Below, piece after piece: positions 60,123 through 64,000 of a stretch of 64,000 bases of DNA. The DNA lies in assembly GCA_046483495.1 (NCBI GenBank), contig JAWODC010000015.1:1-64000 (forward strand), in the 5' to 3' direction. The stretch's first letter is position 1. Every line of letters begins with the position of its first letter. A program made the translations under genes and the position numbers. This DNA comes from Desulfobacterales bacterium (GTDB lineage: Bacteria; Desulfobacterota; Desulfobacteria; Desulfobacterales; UBA5616). The notes below the pieces were generated by a model. It was not told where the DNA came from, did not search any database, and saw only the letters and a program-made list of their open reading frames with translations.

Positions 60123-62021
60123 ATGTTAAACACCATGCGGAAAAATGCCGGATCTTGGATGATCAAGGTCCTTTTATTTGCTATTGTTGTTGTATTCATT
60201 TTTTGGGGTGTTGGTACTTTCCGAGAGCAGCGAAGCGGCAGGCTCGCCATCGTAAATGGAGAATCCATCACCTATGATGAATGGGCCAAAACATACAATA
60301 GCATGGTTGAAAACCTCAGGCAGCAATTCGGTGAAAATTTCAATGATGATATGCTCAAGGTTCTGAATGTCAAAGAACAGGCATTAAATCAACTGATTAA
60401 CAACAGACTGCTTCTCGAAGAGGCAAAGCGGCTTAATTTCAGAGTCGGGCAACAGGAACTGGTCGACGCCATACGTTCCATTCCGGCGTTTCAAACAGAC
60501 GGCGTTTTTAACCCCCGCCTGTATCGCAGGGTCCTCAGTCATTTCAGAATGACGCCGGAAGAATTCGAATCCATCCAAAGAAGCGAAATACTCGTCGGCA
60601 AACTCCGGACGTTCATCAATCAAACGGCAAATGTCTCTGATGAGGAAGCCCTGGAATGGTACCAATGGAACCGCGCATCCGTGAATATCGATTATGTGCT
60701 GTTCGAGACGGACACGTACACCCATATCAACCCGTCTGAAGAGGAAATCCGAAAGCATTTCGAGGAAAATAAAGGATCGTATGCAATCCCTCCCACGAGG
60801 AAAGTCCAGTACCTCGATCTCGATCCCATTGAACTTCGATCCAAGGCTACGGTAACAGATGAGGAAACCGCCGTCTATTTCGAGGAACATCCTGAAGAAT
60901 TCGTTCAGCCGAAAACCGTTGAGGCAAGCCATATTTTGTTGAAGCTTACCCCTGACGCCGAACCGGAATCGGTTGAAAAGAAACGAAAAGAGGCAATCGA
61001 AATCATGGAAATGGCCAAAGGCGGGAAAGATTTCGCCGAACTGGCGAAAACCTATTCGGAAGGTCCGACGAAAGCCTCCGGCGGGTATTTGGGCACGTTC
61101 GAAAAAAATGAAATGGTTGCGCCATTTGCTGAAAAAGCCTTTTCCATGCATGCCGGCGAAATCAGTGAACCGGTGAGAACCCGATTCGGCTGGCACATTA
61201 TTCGGGTGGAAAAGATCAATGAAGAAGGTTCCAAAACCTTTGAAGAAGTTAAAGGAGAAATCCGGGAAAAACTGGAAATGCAATATGCGGAACAGATGGC
61301 CTACGATCAAGCAGAATTGATTTTTGAATCCGCTCTGGAGACCGGAGACCTGGCACAAACCGCTGAGAATCACAATCTGAAGATTCATACAACAGATTTC
61401 TTCCCCAAAAGCGGTCCGAAAACAGGAATCGCCAATCCCGAAGAATTCGCATCCGTAGCCTTTGACCTGGAAATCATGGATATCAGCGATATTTTTAGAA
61501 TTGACGAGGCCTTTTTTATTTTACAGCCCATTGAATCACGGAATGAACGCATACCGGAATTTGCAGCTGTAAAAAAATCCGTAAAAGAGGATCTGATTGA
61601 GAAAAGACAAGCTGAAGCAGCTCTCAAAGATGCGGAAAAACTGCTGGCCGAGCTTGAGGACGGCTTTTCCGAAAGCCGGAATGCCGAAACGGACATACCA
61701 CCCGCATTTCAATCAACCGGGTTTTTCAACCGCTTCGGCCCTATTCCCGATATCGGATATGAAAAGGAAGTCATCGAAGCGGCATTCAAACTGACACCGG
61801 AAAACCCTTACCCGGATAGGGCCATTGAAGGAAGTGAGGGTTTTTACGTCATTCGGCTCGAAGAAAGAAAAGAGCCGGACAAACAGGGCTTCGAGAATGA
61901 AAAAGACGAAATCAAAGAAACGCTCATCTCACAAAAACAGTCAAAAACCTTTGATTCCCTGATTGATTACTTAAAGAACAAAAGCGAAATTTCCATTAAG
62001 GACGATTTTTATCAGCTTTAA
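60123..62021 (+). CDS. ppiD: PpiD-like membrane-anchored chaperone / PPIase
   Basis: MLNTMRK, N-terminal TM ending FIFWGVG, SurA-N region, ASHIL, GGYLG, FGWHIIRV. Confidence 0.88.
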   Translation: MLNTMRKNAGSWMIKVLLFAIVVVFIFWGVGTFREQRSGRLAIVNGESITYDEWAKTYNSMVENLRQQFGENFNDDMLKVLNVKEQALNQLINNRLLLEEAKRLNFRVGQQELVDAIRSIPAFQTDGVFNPRLYRRVLSHFRMTPEEFESIQRSEILVGKLRTFINQTANVSDEEALEWYQWNRASVNIDYVLFETDTYTHINPSEEEIRKHFEENKGSYAIPPTRKVQYLDLDPIELRSKATVTDEETAVYFEEHPEEFVQPKTVEASHILLKLTPDAEPESVEKKRKEAIEIMEMAKGGKDFAELAKTYSEGPTKASGGYLGTFEKNEMVAPFAEKAFSMHAGEISEPVRTRFGWHIIRVEKINEEGSKTFEEVKGEIREKLEMQYAEQMAYDQAELIFESALETGDLAQTAENHNLKIHTTDFFPKSGPKTGIANPEEFASVAFDLEIMDISDIFRIDEAFFILQPIESRNERIPEFAAVKKSVKEDLIEKRQAEAALKDAEKLLAELEDGFSESRNAETDIPPAFQSTGFFNRFGPIPDIGYEKEVIEAAFKLTPENPYPDRAIEGSEGFYVIRLEERKEPDKQGFENEKDEIKETLISQKQSKTFDSLIDYLKNKSEISIKDDFYQL

Positions 62022-62149
62022 TACCGGGGGCGCAGCAACATTCGGAAAGCCCTCACTTTTGAACGGCACGCAAAGGTGAGGGGCTAATCGCAAAAGAGAA
62101 CGGTTGACGCGCGAATTCGATTATTGATTCGCTTCGAGAGGGAAATGCC

Positions 62150-62386
62150 ATGGCAATAAACAGCAATAAAAGCAAGCCGGCCTATTCCGTCAAAACGTGC
62201 TACAATTGTGGAACCCCGCTTGCCATCAATGCGGATACATGCTATTCATGCCGCTCCAAAGTGGGGGAGGTCGGCAAGCATGGTAAAGCCAAAAAGCCTG
62301 TCGATTGGAAGTCCTACATTATCTGTGTCCTTGCATGGACGATATTTATTCTTTACGTTCGCTGGGCCTTCTTTATTCCGAAATAA
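62150..62386 (+). CDS. Small zinc-ribbon membrane protein
   Basis: CYNC...CYSC plus C-terminal TM helix. Confidence 0.7.
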   Translation: MAINSNKSKPAYSVKTCYNCGTPLAINADTCYSCRSKVGEVGKHGKAKKPVDWKSYIICVLAWTIFILYVRWAFFIPK

Positions 62387-62409
62387 AGCCGATACCTATT
62401 CCGCTGGAA

Positions 62410-64000
62410 TCAGATGTTCACGGAACCGGAGGACCACCCCTCAGCGGAGGCCGTAAATGCTTTTTTTAGCACATCTTCTCCGAGCTCATAGAGAAATCGA
62501 GACGGCCGGTCCAACAGAATGTTCGTATTCCGGTCATAAATGTTCGTGGGATACAGGAAATACAATTTCTCTTTGGCCCGGGTCGCTGCAACATACATCA
62601 GGCGCCGCTCCTCTTCGAGTAAATGTTCCTGCTCCAGTGCATACATGGATGGAAACCGCCCATCCAGGGCCCAGATAATGAACACCGTGTGCCATTCAAG
62701 CCCTTTGGCCGAATGGATCGTGGAAAGGGTCAGCCTGTCTTCTTTTGAAGTTCCTGCATCCATGATATCGTCTACGCTGGTGTTTGGAGGCTCAAGCGCC
62801 ATATCCGTCAAAAATAGCGATAGATCGCCATATCGGTTTATGATCAGGAGCAGCTGTTCCAAATCTTTTATACGCTTTGGATAATCGTCGAATTTACGGC
62901 GGACGATCGGCAGATAATATTCCAGTATGATTCCACCCAGGTCACCAACCGTGGGGTTTTGGGCCTCGATGGTTCGATACAGTGACTTGAGCTTGTCGAT
63001 GTGTGGTTCGATTCCGGAGGAGAATTCGGTTTCGACAAATCCCTGAACACCTCGATTCTCCTGAATAACGGTTTCGTAGATCTTTCGAGCTTTCAAAGGG
63101 CCGATGTTTTCGACCAGCATCAGTATCCGCTGCCAACTGACACGGTCCCTCGGATTGCACAGAACCCGCAAATGTGCAAGCACGTCTTTGATGTGCGCCG
63201 ATTCTACAAATTTAAATCCACCCACTTTGTTGAAGGGAATACCTTCTCTGGCCAGTTCGATTTCCAGGCCGAAAGAATGAAATCCCGCACGAAAAAGTAC
63301 GGCGATATCGTTTAATTTGACGCCTCTATTCCTCAACTCATGTACACGGTCAATCACGAATTTCGATTGGCTGACCTCGTCTGCAGCTTCAACCAACAGC
63401 GGTGCCGCACCTTCCTTTTTCGAGGTGAACAGCCGCTTGTCATATTTCTCGGCCGCCATTTCTATGATTTGATTTGAGAGACTGAGTATCGGCTGCACGC
63501 TCCTATAGTTTTCTTCCAGCCGGATAATTTTGCAAGCCGGGTAACGTTCGGGGAAACGCAGGATATTCTTAAAATCCGCCCCTCGAAACGAGTAGATGCT
63601 TTGTGAATCATCACCGACAACCATGATATTCTTGTTGGCCGAAGATAAAAGATATAAAATTTCCGCCTGTACTTTGTTGGTGTCCTGGTATTCATCAACC
63701 ATGATATACCGGTAAAAAGCGGAAATTCTGTCACGCAATGACCGGTTTTCCATCAGCAGACGTTTCAAAAAAATCAGCAGATCATCATAGTCCAAAAGCC
63801 GATGAACAGCTTTGTTCCTTTTGTATTCTTCGTAAACGAGAAGGATGCCGCCCAAGGCCGAGGAGAAATGACCGTACTCCTGATGTACGATATCCTCGAT
63901 CGTTTTCACCTTGTTTGCGGACCGGCTGAAAATATCCATCAGGGTCTTTTTTTTCGGAAACCGGCGATAGCGTGAAGAAAGGGTGTTCTCTTTTCGAATC
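62410..64000 (-). CDS. UvrD/Rep/PcrA-family helicase (5' end outside window)
   Basis: VDEYQDTN, VGDDSQSIYSFRGA, LEENYRS, STIHSAKGLEW, EERRLMYVAATRAK. Confidence 0.92.
   Translation of the reverse strand, partial: IRKENTLSSRYRRFPKKKTLMDIFSRSANKVKTIEDIVHQEYGHFSSALGGILLVYEEYKRNKAVHRLLDYDDLLIFLKRLLMENRSLRDRISAFYRYIMVDEYQDTNKVQAEILYLLSSANKNIMVVGDDSQSIYSFRGADFKNILRFPERYPACKIIRLEENYRSVQPILSLSNQIIEMAAEKYDKRLFTSKKEGAAPLLVEAADEVSQSKFVIDRVHELRNRGVKLNDIAVLFRAGFHSFGLEIELAREGIPFNKVGGFKFVESAHIKDVLAHLRVLCNPRDRVSWQRILMLVENIGPLKARKIYETVIQENRGVQGFVETEFSSGIEPHIDKLKSLYRTIEAQNPTVGDLGGIILEYYLPIVRRKFDDYPKRIKDLEQLLLIINRYGDLSLFLTDMALEPPNTSVDDIMDAGTSKEDRLTLSTIHSAKGLEWHTVFIIWALDGRFPSMYALEQEHLLEEERRLMYVAATRAKEKLYFLYPTNIYDRNTNILLDRPSRFLYELGEDVLKKAFTASAEGWSSGSVNI

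Overview
A 64-kb bacterial chromosomal window. Gene content (DUF1329, LUD and DUF2284 proteins, a ThiE-ThiL fusion, PanP, CooT-like protein) suggests an anaerobic deltaproteobacterium, probably Desulfobacterales-like; this is inference only. Housekeeping genes include ferredoxin, plsC, rnj, ftsK, tag, pgi, prfB with its +1 programmed frameshift, lnt, a ppiD-like gene, a partial UvrD helicase, tRNA-Thr(CGT) and tRNA-Ala(GGC). Other loci are an ArnT/GT2/LAB_N envelope-glycosylation cluster, ExeA/ExeB and many metabolic singletons. One GC-rich, intact class IIC group II intron (43117-44995, minus) sits directly after an intrinsic terminator. The least-explained features are: (i) an accessory block downstream of tRNA-Thr, ending at a degenerate copy of the tRNA 3' end, which holds an uncharacterised 4-gene operon (holin-like membrane protein, helical lipoprotein, small helical protein, putative tri-zinc PLC/P1-nuclease-like enzyme) and an ATP-grasp + CocE pair; (ii) five copies of a ~145-bp palindromic element whose stems covary while its internal-loop motifs are conserved; (iii) a dispersed ~40-nt intergenic motif present three times. 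All family assignments come from motif recognition by eye, not from database searches.
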